Source: Solirubrobacteraceae bacterium (GTDB lineage Bacteria; Actinomycetota; Thermoleophilia; Solirubrobacterales; Solirubrobacteraceae). From it: a DNA stretch of 64,000 bases. This document shows, in pieces, positions 28,178-38,061 of this stretch. Within the stretch, counting starts at the first letter, position 1. Each line of letters starts with the position of its first letter. The notes beneath the pieces were generated by a model. It was not told the origin of the DNA, ran no database searches, and was given only the letters and a program-made list of their open reading frames with translations. A program made the translations under genes and the position numbers. The stretch spans positions 21,665 through 85,664 of the forward strand of contig DATCFG010000031.1 in the NCBI GenBank assembly GCA_036509655.1, in the 5' to 3' direction.

Positions 28178-30355
28178 TCACCGGCTGAGCGGCGTCCCCA
28201 GCTCCCGCCCGCTGTCGGGCTTGCCCTCGCCGGCGCGGCGCGCGTGCAGCTCTGCCAGCTCCAGCTGCAGGCTGCGAGGTGGCTCGCCGGGCCCCGGGGC
28301 CCGGCGGCGCCAGGCGCCCTCGCCGTCGAGCTCCCACGAGCTCTGGTTGTCGGCGAACGCGCGTTCCAGCGTGTCGAGCAGCTCGACACGCAGTTCCGGG
28401 GACTCGATCGGCGCCGCGAGCTCGACGCGGTGGTCGAGGTTGCGCGGCATCAGGTCGGCCGAGGAGATGTAGATCGTGTACTCGCCGTCGCGCTCGAACC
28501 CGTAGACGCGCGAGTGCTCGAGCAGGCGGCCGACGACTGAGACGACGCGGATGTTCTCGGAGATCCCCTCGATGCCGGGCCGCAGACAGCAGATCCCGCG
28601 TACGTTCAGGTCGACCCTCACACCCGCCTGAGATGCCTTGTAGAGCGCGCGGATGCAGCGCCCGTCTACGAGCGCGTTCATCTTCATCGCGATCCGCCCC
28701 GGACTTGAGCCCCGCCCGCCCACGTGCGCGGCGATCGTCCGCTCGATCTCCTCGATCAGGCCGTCGCGCAGCTGGTTGGGGGCCGTGAGCACCTTGCGGT
28801 AGTGCAGCGGGCGGCCGTAGCCGGTGAGGTAGTTGAACATGTCGGCGACGTCCGCGCCGATCTGCTCGTCGGTCGTGAACAGCCCGAAGTCGGTGTACAG
28901 CCGCGCGGTCGCCGAGTGGTAGTTGCCGGTGCCGATGTGCACGTAGTTGCGAACCCCGTCGCCCTCGCGGCGCACGACGAGCACGCACTTGGCGTGCGTC
29001 TTCAGCGACGGCTGGCCGTAGACGACGTGCACGCCGGCCTCCTCCAGCGCCTTCGCCCAGTGGATGTTCATGCGCTCGTCGAAACGCGCCTGCAGCTCGA
29101 CCAGCGCGACCGCCTGCTTGCCACGCTCGGTCGCGTCGATCAGCGCCGGCACGAGTGGCGAGTCGTCACTCGTGCGGTAGACGGTCTGCTTGATCGCGAG
29201 CACGTTCGGGTCGGCCACGGCCTGCTCGACGAAGCGCTCCACGGAGGTCGAGAACGAGTCGTAGGGATGGTGCACGAGCACGTCGCCTTCGCGCATCGCG
29301 CCGAGCACGTCAGGGCGCTCGCCCTCGTGGCGCAACAGGCGCGGGTGGGTGTGGCCGGCGAGCGGCTCCTCGCGCAGCTCGGCGTAGCCGGGCAGTTTCA
29401 CGATCTGCCACAGCGCGCCCATGTCGAGCAGCCCGTCGACCGGGTAGACCTCGTCCTCCTGCACCCCCAGCAGTTCCGCCAGCTCCTCGCGCAGGCGCTC
29501 CGAGGATTCGGTGCCGACCTCGACGCGCACGACCTCGCCGAAGCGCCGACGGCGCAGCTCGTCCTCGACCGCCTGGAGCAGGTCGGCGGCGTCGTCGGAG
29601 ACCTCCAGGTCGGCGTCGCGGGTGACCCGGAAGACGTCGTAGTCGGCGATCTCCATACCGGGGAACAGCGCGTCGAGGTGGCAGGCGATCACGTCCTCGA
29701 GCGCCAGCAGCGTGATTGATCCGGAGGAGCCCACCACCCCCGAACCGGCCGAGCCTGAACCGGCCGAGCCCGGCCCTTTGAGCGTGACGAAGCGCGGCAG
29801 GATCTCCGTCGGCACCTTCACGCGCGCGAACACCGTCTGGTCGGTCACCGGGTCGCGCACGAGCACGGCCAGGCTGAGGGACAGGTTGGAGATGTACGGG
29901 AATGGCCGCCCGGGGGCCACCGCCAGAGGGGTGAGCGCCGGGAAGATCACCTTCTGGAAGTGCCTCGCCAGCTCCGCGCGCTGCCCGTCGTCGAGCTCGT
30001 TCACGGCGAGCACGCGGATGTCGTTTTCCGCCAAGCCCGCCCGCAGGCGGGCTTCGAAGCAGTCGCTCAGCCGCCGGCTCAGCTGCAGCACGCGCTCGCG
30101 GATCAGCGCGATCGTCTCCGACGGGGTGCGGCCGTCGGGGCCGGGGTTCTCGACGCCCGCGTCGATCTGGTCGCGCAGGCCGGCGACGCGCACCATGTAG
30201 TACTCGTCGAGGTTCGTCGTGTAGATCGCGCAGAACTTCACGCGCTCGAGCAGCGGAATCCGCTCGTCCTCCGCGAGCTGGAGCACGCGCTCGTTGAAAT
30301 CAAGCCAGGACAGCTCGCGGTTCAGGTAGAGGGCTGGATCCTCGAGGTCGATCAT
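28178..30355 (-). CDS. ppk1: polyphosphate kinase 1
   Basis: YLNRELSWLDFNERVL, VHHPYDSF, LQARFDE, HIGTGNY, ISSADLMPRNL. Confidence 0.97.
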   Translation of the reverse strand: MIDLEDPALYLNRELSWLDFNERVLQLAEDERIPLLERVKFCAIYTTNLDEYYMVRVAGLRDQIDAGVENPGPDGRTPSETIALIRERVLQLSRRLSDCFEARLRAGLAENDIRVLAVNELDDGQRAELARHFQKVIFPALTPLAVAPGRPFPYISNLSLSLAVLVRDPVTDQTVFARVKVPTEILPRFVTLKGPGSAGSGSAGSGVVGSSGSITLLALEDVIACHLDALFPGMEIADYDVFRVTRDADLEVSDDAADLLQAVEDELRRRRFGEVVRVEVGTESSERLREELAELLGVQEDEVYPVDGLLDMGALWQIVKLPGYAELREEPLAGHTHPRLLRHEGERPDVLGAMREGDVLVHHPYDSFSTSVERFVEQAVADPNVLAIKQTVYRTSDDSPLVPALIDATERGKQAVALVELQARFDERMNIHWAKALEEAGVHVVYGQPSLKTHAKCVLVVRREGDGVRNYVHIGTGNYHSATARLYTDFGLFTTDEQIGADVADMFNYLTGYGRPLHYRKVLTAPNQLRDGLIEEIERTIAAHVGGRGSSPGRIAMKMNALVDGRCIRALYKASQAGVRVDLNVRGICCLRPGIEGISENIRVVSVVGRLLEHSRVYGFERDGEYTIYISSADLMPRNLDHRVELAAPIESPELRVELLDTLERAFADNQSSWELDGEGAWRRRAPGPGEPPRSLQLELAELHARRAGEGKPDSGRELGTPLSR

Positions 30356-30409
30356 CGGATCTTCACGCTACACGCTGCCCGCACCAGATAGTGTGATGGT
30401 TGAGAGGAA

Positions 30410-30934
30410 ATGGCTCGTCAGCTCTGGTTACTACGTCATGGGGACGCCGAGCCCCACGGCACACGTGAGGATGCCGAGCGCCGTCTGACCGAGCGTGGTG
30501 TGGGCCAGGCGCACGCCGCCGGGATCGCGCTGCAGCGACTGCACGCGATCTTCGACGCGGCCCTGTTCAGTCCCAAGACGCGCGCGCGCCAGACCGCCGA
30601 GCTGGCCGCCGAGCACTGGAGTCAGCAGCAGCGCGACCTGCTGGCTGTTCGTCCGTCGCTGGCCGGCGACTTCGACGCGCGCCAAGCGCTCGCCGAGCTG
30701 GCCGGCCTGCCGGCCGATGGGTGCCTGCTGCTCGTCGGCCACGAGCCCGACCTGTCGAGCGTGGCCGGGGATCTCACCGGCGCGCGGGTCGATCTGAAGA
30801 AGGGCGGCCTGGCGGTGGTCAGGCTAGAGAGCGCCGCCGGCGGCGAGCTCGTGGTCCTGCTGCGCCCCCGCGAGCTGGCTCTGATCGCCGGTGGGGTGGG
30901 CGGGGTGGGTGGGATTCCAATCAACGGGGACTGA
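30410..30934 (+). CDS. sixA: phosphohistidine phosphatase SixA
   Basis: LLRHGDAE, SPKTRARQTA, LVGHEP. Confidence 0.88.
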   Translation: MARQLWLLRHGDAEPHGTREDAERRLTERGVGQAHAAGIALQRLHAIFDAALFSPKTRARQTAELAAEHWSQQQRDLLAVRPSLAGDFDARQALAELAGLPADGCLLLVGHEPDLSSVAGDLTGARVDLKKGGLAVVRLESAAGGELVVLLRPRELALIAGGVGGVGGIPINGD

Positions 30935-31711
30935 AGGGGGGACGTCGTCGAGGGCGACCACCTCGAGCGATTCGGCGGCGAAGCGGTAGCCGATCCCGAA
31001 GTGGGTGTGGATGTAGCGCCATTGCGGCGAAGCCTTCTCGAGCTTCTGGCGGAGCTTGCGTACGAACACGTCGACCGAGCGGTCGCCGCGCACCATCGCG
31101 TAGCCCCACAGACGCGAGTAGATCTCCTCGCGCTCGAGCACGCGTCCCTCGGCCGCGGCCAGCAGCTCGATCAGCTCGAACTCGCGCCGGGTCAGGTCGA
31201 GCCCGACACCGCCAACGAACGCCTGGAACTGGTCGGAGCGGATCTCGACCTCGCCCGCCGTCACCGGCTTTGACTCGGTGCGGCCGGTCGTGCGCCGGCG
31301 GCGACGCGCGACGCCCTGTACGCGGGCGATGACTTCCTCCGGATGGCAGGGCTTGGTGATCCAGTCGTCGGCGCCGAGGCGCAGCCCGCGCACGCGCTGG
31401 GCCACGGTCGAGGGGCCGGTGCAGACGACGACGCCGAGCTCGGGCAGCGCTCCGCACAGCCGCTCCAGCCACTCCCATGCCTGGGGTCCGAGGACGGTGA
31501 GGTCGACGACGAGCGCGCTCAGGCGCATCGAGGCGATCGCGTCGGTGGGGACCGGGCTGCCGAGCACGCGGTGCTCCCAGCCGAGGCGGTCCATGCGCTT
31601 GCCGAGCACCTGGATGAACCCGCTGTCGCGGTCGAGCACGGCGATGCGCATCGAAGACGCGCTCGAACCGTTCGACGTCGCCTCCTCCGTGGCGCTGATG
31701 CTGTCCGTCAT
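30824..31711 (-). CDS. orphan OmpR/PhoB-family response regulator
   Basis: Receiver (VVD, GADDWITKP) plus winged helix (LTRREFELI, VDVFVRKLRQKL, THFGIGYRF); no adjacent kinase. Confidence 0.9.
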   Translation of the reverse strand: MTDSISATEEATSNGSSASSMRIAVLDRDSGFIQVLGKRMDRLGWEHRVLGSPVPTDAIASMRLSALVVDLTVLGPQAWEWLERLCGALPELGVVVCTGPSTVAQRVRGLRLGADDWITKPCHPEEVIARVQGVARRRRRTTGRTESKPVTAGEVEIRSDQFQAFVGGVGLDLTRREFELIELLAAAEGRVLEREEIYSRLWGYAMVRGDRSVDVFVRKLRQKLEKASPQWRYIHTHFGIGYRFAAESLEVVALDDVPPSVPVDWNPTHPAHPTGDQSQLAGAQQDHELAAGGAL

Positions 31712-31762
31712 CGAGCGTCAGTCTAGGTGACCCTGCAGACCCTTGTGCGGAGTTGCGCAAAT

Positions 31763-31784
31763 GGTCACAGGATCTTCACAGGAG
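31763..31784 (+). promoter_or_regulatory. two 11-nt direct repeat units GGTCACAGGAT/CTTCACAGGAG (PHO-box-like)
   Basis: TCACAGGA repeated with 11-bp period upstream of the response regulator. Confidence 0.5.
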
Positions 31785-31914
31785 AAATACGCTGTTTGCG
31801 GATGAGAATCCGCTCACGGTTTACGCGCGGGAAACGCAAGGTCCGTAAGCTGTCGCCTCGCTGTCGTCCCTAGCGCTCCCCCTGGCCTCGGCGATCACGT
31901 ACTTCCAGGCGATC

Positions 31915-32475
31915 GTGCTCGGCTTCCTGCAGGGCGTGACGGAGCTGTTCCCAATCTCGAGCCTCGGGCACACGGTGCTGTTCCCGACGCTGTTCGGCTG
32001 GAACGAGCTCGTGAAGGCGCAGTCCGAATCGGAATCGTTCTGGCTGGCGTTCATCGTGATGCTGCACGTCGGCAGCGCGCTCGGCCTGCTGTTCTACTAC
32101 CGGCGCGACTGGGTGGAGATCGTCGGCGCCTTCTTCCGCACGCTCGCCACGCGCCGGGTCGAGACGGGCAACGAGCGTCTTGCCTGGCTGATCATCGTAA
32201 CCAGCATTCTCGCCGGAATCCTCGGCCTCGCGTTCGAGCATCAGCTGCGCACGCTGACCGCCAAGCCCGAGATTGCCGCGATCTTCCTGATGGTCAACGG
32301 CTGCGTGCTGTTCGCGGCCGAGCTGTTTCGCCGCCGCGCCCAGGCGGTGCGTCCGGTGTACGGCGTCGATCGCGAATCTGCCATCGACGGCGATTATCGC
32401 TTGCGCGCCGATGTGGAGTGGGGCCTACGCGGCGCGCGTAACCACGTCGGCGCCGGCGTCCCGGCCGGGCAGTAG
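31915..32475 (+). pseudogene. uppP: truncated undecaprenyl-diphosphate phosphatase UppP/BacA
   Basis: ITYFQAIVLGFLQGVTELFPISSLGH present; similarity ends near 32340 and the second catalytic motif (PGxSRSG-like) is absent. Confidence 0.8.
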
Positions 32476-32490
32476 CACCCGCCGATACCG

Positions 32491-33075
32491 CTACCGGCTG
32501 GTCGCGCGCGACGGCTTGCGCGCGTAGAGCGCCGTGAGCCGGTCTGAGAGCTTCGCGAGCAGTTCGCGTACTGGCACGCTCCATACGATCAAAGCCGCGA
32601 GCGCACCGACCAGCACGCCGCCGAGCACGTCTGTCGGGTAGTGCACGCCGACCATCACGCGCGCGACGGCGATCAGCGCCGCGGCGATCAGCGCCGCCCA
32701 GCCTAGCGCTCGCCGGCCGAAGAAGAGCAGCGTGAAGGCGATCGCGAACGCCCCCGACGTGTGGTCGGACGGGAACGAGGCGTCCTTGCCGTGGGCGATC
32801 AGGAGGTGATGGGAATGGTGGACGAAGGGACGTGTGCGGTCGTAGAGATGGTCGATGACCTGCACGATCGCCAGCGCCAGGATCGTCGCGATGCCCGCCG
32901 CGAACGCCGCCCGGGTGTCCGCGCCCCCGCCATTGCGGCCGCGCGCAAGCCAGATGAGGGCGATCGCGGCGACCACCACGAACACGGCGTACTGCGCGAA
33001 GAACTTCGCCAGATCGCCCACCAACGTGTGTTCGAAGGCGAAATCGTTGAGCGCGTGGTAAAGGCTGAGATCCAT
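32491..33075 (-). CDS. PAP2-family phosphatase (BcrC/YbjG-like undecaprenyl-diphosphatase)
   Basis: RTRPF, SFPSDH, ARVMVGVHYPTDV. Confidence 0.9.
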   Translation of the reverse strand: MDLSLYHALNDFAFEHTLVGDLAKFFAQYAVFVVVAAIALIWLARGRNGGGADTRAAFAAGIATILALAIVQVIDHLYDRTRPFVHHSHHLLIAHGKDASFPSDHTSGAFAIAFTLLFFGRRALGWAALIAAALIAVARVMVGVHYPTDVLGGVLVGALAALIVWSVPVRELLAKLSDRLTALYARKPSRATSR

Positions 33076-33236
33076 GCTCGGACGACACCCTAATCGAGCG
33101 ACGCCGGTAGAGCGCCGCCGGTCGAGCGCCGCTGCGCGTGTCGCTCCGCAGGTTGGGCGCCGGCGTCCCGCCTTCGCCCCCCGGTTTCGGCGCGGGACGG
33201 CGCGGCGCATGTCCTGTCGCCATCATTCACAGCGCG

Positions 33237-33977
33237 ATGCCCGTACCGAGGACCCCGCAGAAGATGTTCGAAACCCGCAGCCAGGCGTGGAGCGATGTCG
33301 GGTTGCTGCACCAGGTCAGCCCGCGCGCGGTCAGGCGCGCGCGCCTGGAGGCGGTCGTGCTCGCCGTCCTGTTCATCGCGGTGGTGGTCGTCTACAACAA
33401 CCGCAAGAGCCTGCTCGGGGTCGATACGCGGGGCAGCGCGCCCGAAGTGAACACAGTGGCGCACATCGTCACGGTGATCGTGCTGCTGTTCCTCGGCTGG
33501 GCGATCGCGCGGGACTTCGGGCGCGCCCTCGGTCCGGCGCTGTTCAGGCGTCTGGACCCCGCCACCGCCGGGCCGGTCGGGTTCCTGATCCGCCTCACGA
33601 CCGTCGGGCTGGCGCTGCTGGTGGCGCTGGACGTAGCCGGCGTCGAAGCGCGCACGCTGCTCGTCGGGGGCGCTTTCACGGCGGTGATCCTTGGCCTGGC
33701 CGCGCAGCAGACGCTCGGCAACGTGATCGCGGGCACCGTCCTGCTCAGCGCGAGCCCGTTCAAAGTCGGCGACCGGGTGCGCCTGCAGGGTGGCCCGCTG
33801 GCGGGCCAGATCGAGGGGACGGTCAGCTCGCTGGGGCTGCTCTATACGACCTTCGCAACGGACGAGGACGCGGTGATGGTGCCCAACAGCGTGGTCTTGA
33901 ACGTCGCCGTGATCGCTCAGGGGGCGGCAACGGTGAGCAACCGGCCGGAGCTCGCTCGCCGGCCCCGCACGCCGTAG
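33237..33977 (+). CDS. small-conductance mechanosensitive channel MscS family
   Basis: GLAAQQTLGNVIAG, PFKVGDRV, VPNSVV. Confidence 0.9.
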   Translation: MPVPRTPQKMFETRSQAWSDVGLLHQVSPRAVRRARLEAVVLAVLFIAVVVVYNNRKSLLGVDTRGSAPEVNTVAHIVTVIVLLFLGWAIARDFGRALGPALFRRLDPATAGPVGFLIRLTTVGLALLVALDVAGVEARTLLVGGAFTAVILGLAAQQTLGNVIAGTVLLSASPFKVGDRVRLQGGPLAGQIEGTVSSLGLLYTTFATDEDAVMVPNSVVLNVAVIAQGAATVSNRPELARRPRTP

Positions 33978-33992
33978 CCACCGATCCCTTCG

Positions 33993-34856
33993 TCAGCTGC
34001 CGGCGCTCGCCGTCCCTGTCTCCTCGGAGTGGCGGACGGAGTAGCGCAGGAACAGCCCGGAGTCGTGCTCGAGCACGCCGCGCAGCTCGAGTGCGATCGG
34101 GGGCGAGAACGAGGGGCCGGCGAGGATCCGCAGCGCCTCGGGTTGGGCGGGGTTCCGGTCAAGGTCGCCGCCCGCGAGCAGCGGCGAGAGTGAGAGGAAC
34201 AGCTCGTCGACGACCCCGGCGGCGAGCAGCTGCGCGTTCAGGTGCGGGCCGCCCTCGCAGAGCAGCGTGCGCACGCCGAAGCGCGCGCGCAGCTCGGCGA
34301 GCGCCGCGGACAGGTCGAGCTGTCCGTCGCGCTCGGCGCGGATGTAGTCGACCTGCGCCGCGCTCGCGGGCAGGCTCGCGGAGGACGGCGTCAGGACTAC
34401 GACCCGCGCGGCCGGCTCGGCGAGCAGCGGGATGTCCCCCTCCAGCGCGAGGCGCCCGGAGACGATGCATGCGAGCGGCTCCTCGCCAAGGCCCCGCGCG
34501 ATTCGCGTCTGGCGGCGGGAGGCGTCGGGGACGATCCGCCCGTAGCGCTCCACGCGCACGGTCGCCGCGCCGGCCATGACCGCGTCGACGGCGAGCCGCA
34601 GCGCGTGGAACAGCGCGCGGTCGGCGGGGCCGCTGAGCGGCCCCGAGCGCCCGTCGAGCGTGGCGTGGCCGTCGGCGGTGCTGACCATGTTCAGCATCAC
34701 GTAAGGACGACTCGACGAGCCGGATGCGGCCAATGCGTCCAGCCCGAAACCGGCCACGATCTTCGCGGCGGTGGCCGGCGCACCGGCGGGAAGCAGGCGT
34801 TTCAGGTTGAGCGGCTCGGGAGCGATTGCGTCTGAGATATAGCAATTCGGCAACAC
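33993..34856 (-). CDS. RibD C-terminal-domain reductase (DHFR-like)
   Basis: [33 protein letters not shown]; start uncertain. Confidence 0.85.
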   Translation of the reverse strand: MLPNCYISDAIAPEPLNLKRLLPAGAPATAAKIVAGFGLDALAASGSSSRPYVMLNMVSTADGHATLDGRSGPLSGPADRALFHALRLAVDAVMAGAATVRVERYGRIVPDASRRQTRIARGLGEEPLACIVSGRLALEGDIPLLAEPAARVVVLTPSSASLPASAAQVDYIRAERDGQLDLSAALAELRARFGVRTLLCEGGPHLNAQLLAAGVVDELFLSLSPLLAGGDLDRNPAQPEALRILAGPSFSPPIALELRGVLEHDSGLFLRYSVRHSEETGTASAGS

Positions 34857-34991
34857 AGGCCCCCGGGGACCTGCTACGGTCGTCTCGTCTGGCCGGCACA
34901 TGAGACCGGCGAAAGCAGTGCAAGCGCTCGCAGGTCGAAGCTCAAAAGCATCCTCCGCGTCGCAGCACGAACAACGTGGAGGAGTACCCAC

Positions 34992-35195
34992 ATGCCTACT
35001 GGCACAGTAAAGTGGTTCAGCGACGACAAGGGGTTTGGTTTCATCACCCCCGACGACGGCGACAAGGACCTGTTCGTCCATCACACCGGCATCAACGGCG
35101 AGGGCTACCGTTCGTTGCAGGAGGGCTCGAAGGTCTCGTATGACCCGGAGCAGGGCGACAAGGGCCCGAAGGCCGTTAACGTCCAGTCGATCTGA
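34992..35195 (+). CDS. cspA: cold-shock protein
   Basis: [15 protein letters not shown] (RNP1), DLFVHH (RNP2). Confidence 0.97.
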   Translation: MPTGTVKWFSDDKGFGFITPDDGDKDLFVHHTGINGEGYRSLQEGSKVSYDPEQGDKGPKAVNVQSI

Positions 35196-35226
35196 TCGCT
35201 GTTAGCGGGGTTTGGACCTCGCGCAG

Positions 35227-36867
35227 ATGAACGCGACTTTCCGAGGGCCCGCTGCGACGCGGGCTCTCGCGATTAAGGACCCACCCACCCACGCGCGGGC
35301 GGGCGAGGAGGCGGAGAGCCGCGAGCGCGTGCTCGCGGTCGGAGCGCTGGTGGCGATCGTGGTGTGCGCGGCGATCGTCGTGGTGTTCGCGGCCGACCGC
35401 CCGAGCCTGTTCAGCGCGACCACGCGCACGGGCTTCTTCCCGCACTGGATGGCCGGCCCGCTGGGCGGCCTGCTGCCGGGGCTGACGCGCAGCCCGACGG
35501 CGCTGAAGTATCTGTTCACGGGGGCGATCGTGGTGATGTACGCGAGCTACCTGCTCGCCCTCAGGTACGTGCCGCTGCTGCGCGCGCGCTGGGCGATCGG
35601 CGCGGTGCTGGCGGCGCACGCATGCCTCTTTCTGGCGCCGCCGCTGGCGCTGACCGACGTGTTCAACTACGTCAACTACGGGCGCATGGAGGTCGTGCAC
35701 CACCTCAACCCGTACACGACGATCCCGATCCTCGAGCCGCACGGCGACCCGAGCTACTACCTCTCCAACTGGCACCAGCTGTTGAGCCCGTATGGCCCAC
35801 TGTTCACGCTGATGACCTTCGCGCTGGTCCCGCTCGGCGTCGCCGGCTCGTTCTGGGCGATCAAGGCGATCCTCGCCGCCGTCAGCCTCGGCACGATCTT
35901 CCTGGTGTGGAAGTGCGCGCGCATCCTCGGCCGCGACCCGGTCGCGGCGATCGTGCTCGTGGGGCTCAACCCGATCGTGCTCGTATGGGGACTGGGGGGC
36001 GACCACAACGACTTCCTGATGGTGCTCTGCATCATGCTCGGCTTCTACCTGCTGCTGCGCGCGGGGGCATGGGTGGCGGGGGACCGATCAGAGATCGACC
36101 AGCAGGCGGCGGAGGACCGGCGCCCGGGCGGCAGCCGGCAGTCGGTCGGCAGCCGGCAGACGGCGGTGGACTCACCGGCTGCACAGCCGGCGGCGCGCGG
36201 GGAGTGGCGCGAGACGCTGCTCGGCTGGCTGTGGCCGCTCGCGCCGCTCGAGCTCGGCGCGGGGGTGGCGTTCGTGACCGCGGCGGCGATCAAGGCCTCG
36301 GGGGCGATCCTGATCCCGGTCGTGCTGGTGGTGCTGCTGCGGTCGCCGCGGCGGGTCGTGCAGATCGGGCTCGGGATGGTCGTGGCCGGCGCGGCGGTCG
36401 CCGCGGCGAGCCTGTTCGCCTTCGGCCTGCACGTCCCCGACCTGAGCACCCAGAGCAAACTCGTGACGAGCCTGAGCGCGCCGAACCTGCTCGGCCTGGC
36501 GCTCGGCTCTGGCGGCGAGACGGAAGGCCTGCGGACGGTGCTGAGCGTGGTGCTGATCCTGGTCGTGCTGTGCTGTTGCGCGCTCGGCTGGCGGCGGCGG
36601 GACGCGATCACGGCGAGCGGCTGGGTGACGGTGGCGCTGGTGTTGACGCTCGGCTGGGTGCTGCCGTGGTACGTGCTGTGGCTGCTGCCGCTGGCGGCGC
36701 TGTCGAGCTCACGGAGGCTGCGCACGACCGCGCTCGTGCTCGGCGTCTACCTGACCGTCGCCTGGTCGCCGGCCTCGGGGATCCTCTGGGGCAAGCTCGG
36801 TTTCCACCCCGAAAAGACCTCCCTGGGGCGGTTGCATCAGAGGTATGTGAAGGAGCTCCTCAACTAG
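35227..36867 (+). CDS. GT-C polyprenol-phosphomannose-dependent glycosyltransferase (GT87/MptA-B-like)
   Basis: LTDVFNY..YGR, SPYGPLF, LNP..L....GDHND, IKASG, LPWY. Confidence 0.85.
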   Translation: MNATFRGPAATRALAIKDPPTHARAGEEAESRERVLAVGALVAIVVCAAIVVVFAADRPSLFSATTRTGFFPHWMAGPLGGLLPGLTRSPTALKYLFTGAIVVMYASYLLALRYVPLLRARWAIGAVLAAHACLFLAPPLALTDVFNYVNYGRMEVVHHLNPYTTIPILEPHGDPSYYLSNWHQLLSPYGPLFTLMTFALVPLGVAGSFWAIKAILAAVSLGTIFLVWKCARILGRDPVAAIVLVGLNPIVLVWGLGGDHNDFLMVLCIMLGFYLLLRAGAWVAGDRSEIDQQAAEDRRPGGSRQSVGSRQTAVDSPAAQPAARGEWRETLLGWLWPLAPLELGAGVAFVTAAAIKASGAILIPVVLVVLLRSPRRVVQIGLGMVVAGAAVAAASLFAFGLHVPDLSTQSKLVTSLSAPNLLGLALGSGGETEGLRTVLSVVLILVVLCCCALGWRRRDAITASGWVTVALVLTLGWVLPWYVLWLLPLAALSSSRRLRTTALVLGVYLTVAWSPASGILWGKLGFHPEKTSLGRLHQRYVKELLN

Positions 36868-36868
36868 C

Positions 36869-36938
36869 GCGGGATCGAATGTTTCATCCGGCCGTAAAAC
36901 CGCTTCGCGGGGCGGCCGGATGAAACATTTCGACCCGC
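36869..36938. terminator. long hairpin between convergent genes (bidirectional terminator or REP/MITE-like)
   Basis: Perfect 16-bp stem ATGTTTCATCCGGCCG (36879-36894) / CGGCCGGATGAAACAT (36913-36928), extendable outward with bulges. Confidence 0.7.
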
Positions 36939-36970
36939 TTGGCTGATGTGGTGAGGCTAATCCGCGCTTG

Positions 36971-37426
36971 CTACGTGTCTTCCGGCGGGCGGCGGGTGCT
37001 CTTGCGCTGGCTGGCGCGGCGCTTGGCTTGTAGGCGGCGCTCGCGGGAGGCCGCGGTCGGGCGCGTCGGGCGGCGGTGGCGGGGGACGGCCAGGGCGCGG
37101 GCGAGGCGCTCCGCCAGGCGTCCCAGCGCGAGCTCGCGGTTGCGGGTCTGCGAGCGCTCGTCCTGGGCAACGGCGACGATCCGCTCGCCGGCGCGGGCGA
37201 TCACGCGGGCGCGCTGGGACTCGCTCAGTGATTTGGAGGCGAGCACGTCGAAGCTCGCTTCCACGCGCGAGGCGGTCACGTTCGCGTGCTGGCCTCCCGG
37301 GCCGGAGGAGCGGCTCGTGCGCAACACGATCTCCGCCAGGGGGATCGTCAGGCGCTCGGTTATGCGCAGCCGCTTCTCCGTTGCGCCTTCGGGCTCGCTC
37401 GGCGGTGTTGGCGCGGTAGGCATCAT
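36971..37426 (-). CDS. arfB: alternative ribosome rescue peptidyl-tRNA hydrolase ArfB
   Basis: RSSGPGGQHAN, ERSQTRNRELA, basic C-terminal tail. Confidence 0.93.
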   Translation of the reverse strand: MMPTAPTPPSEPEGATEKRLRITERLTIPLAEIVLRTSRSSGPGGQHANVTASRVEASFDVLASKSLSESQRARVIARAGERIVAVAQDERSQTRNRELALGRLAERLARALAVPRHRRPTRPTAASRERRLQAKRRASQRKSTRRPPEDT

Positions 37427-37501
37427 GTGTCTCGGTCGCTCGACTTGGCCGACGCGCCGAGCCGGAAGACGCCCCGGCAAGGGGACTCCGGCCGGGGTCG
37501 C

Positions 37502-37930
37502 TCAGCCCGCGTTCTTCGTGATCGGGCTGAGGCGGGTCTCGCCCTCGGGGACATGGCCGTCGCGGCCGATGTAGCCGCCCTTGCCGCCGACGATCAGGTA
37601 GATCGCGTCGCTCTCGCCCGCGTTTCTTACCTTGCGCAGGGTCGGGGCGTCGACGCGCGCGAGGCCGCCCTCCCCGAGGCGATGGACGGTGCCGTCGCCG
37701 AACTCGATCTCGATCGTGCCGCGGTGGACGAAGTACAGCTCCTGCTGTTCGTCGTGGTAGTGGAAGCCGCTTTCGATTCCCGGCGGCATCACGATCGCGT
37801 TCACGCCGAACGCCTCCACGTCGAGGCCCTTGCGGACCTTCCTGAAGCCGGGCCCGTCGCCCAGCGCGTCGAGGTCGCCGACGGCGTAGCCCTCGCCGCG
37901 CGTCACCCCTGGGTACTCAGAAGCCTCCAT
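37502..37930 (-). CDS. cupin domain protein
   Basis: HYHDEQQELYFVHRG. Confidence 0.85.
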   Translation of the reverse strand: MEASEYPGVTRGEGYAVGDLDALGDGPGFRKVRKGLDVEAFGVNAIVMPPGIESGFHYHDEQQELYFVHRGTIEIEFGDGTVHRLGEGGLARVDAPTLRKVRNAGESDAIYLIVGGKGGYIGRDGHVPEGETRLSPITKNAG

Positions 37931-37976
37931 CTCGTCTCCTCCTCGCTTGTAATTTCTCTATATTTTAAATTAATAG

Positions 37977-38040
37977 GTGTAACTATTGTTATACACAGCC
38001 TGAAAGGGATACATCGAAGTCCCGCGTCTCTATCTTCAAT
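37977..38040. repeat. AT-rich dispersed element, copy B (similar to 5391-5450)
   Basis: See copy A; only 7 G+C in the 40 nt at 37951-37990. Confidence 0.5.
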
Positions 38041-38061
38041 CCGCGCATCGTGCGAGCCGCC

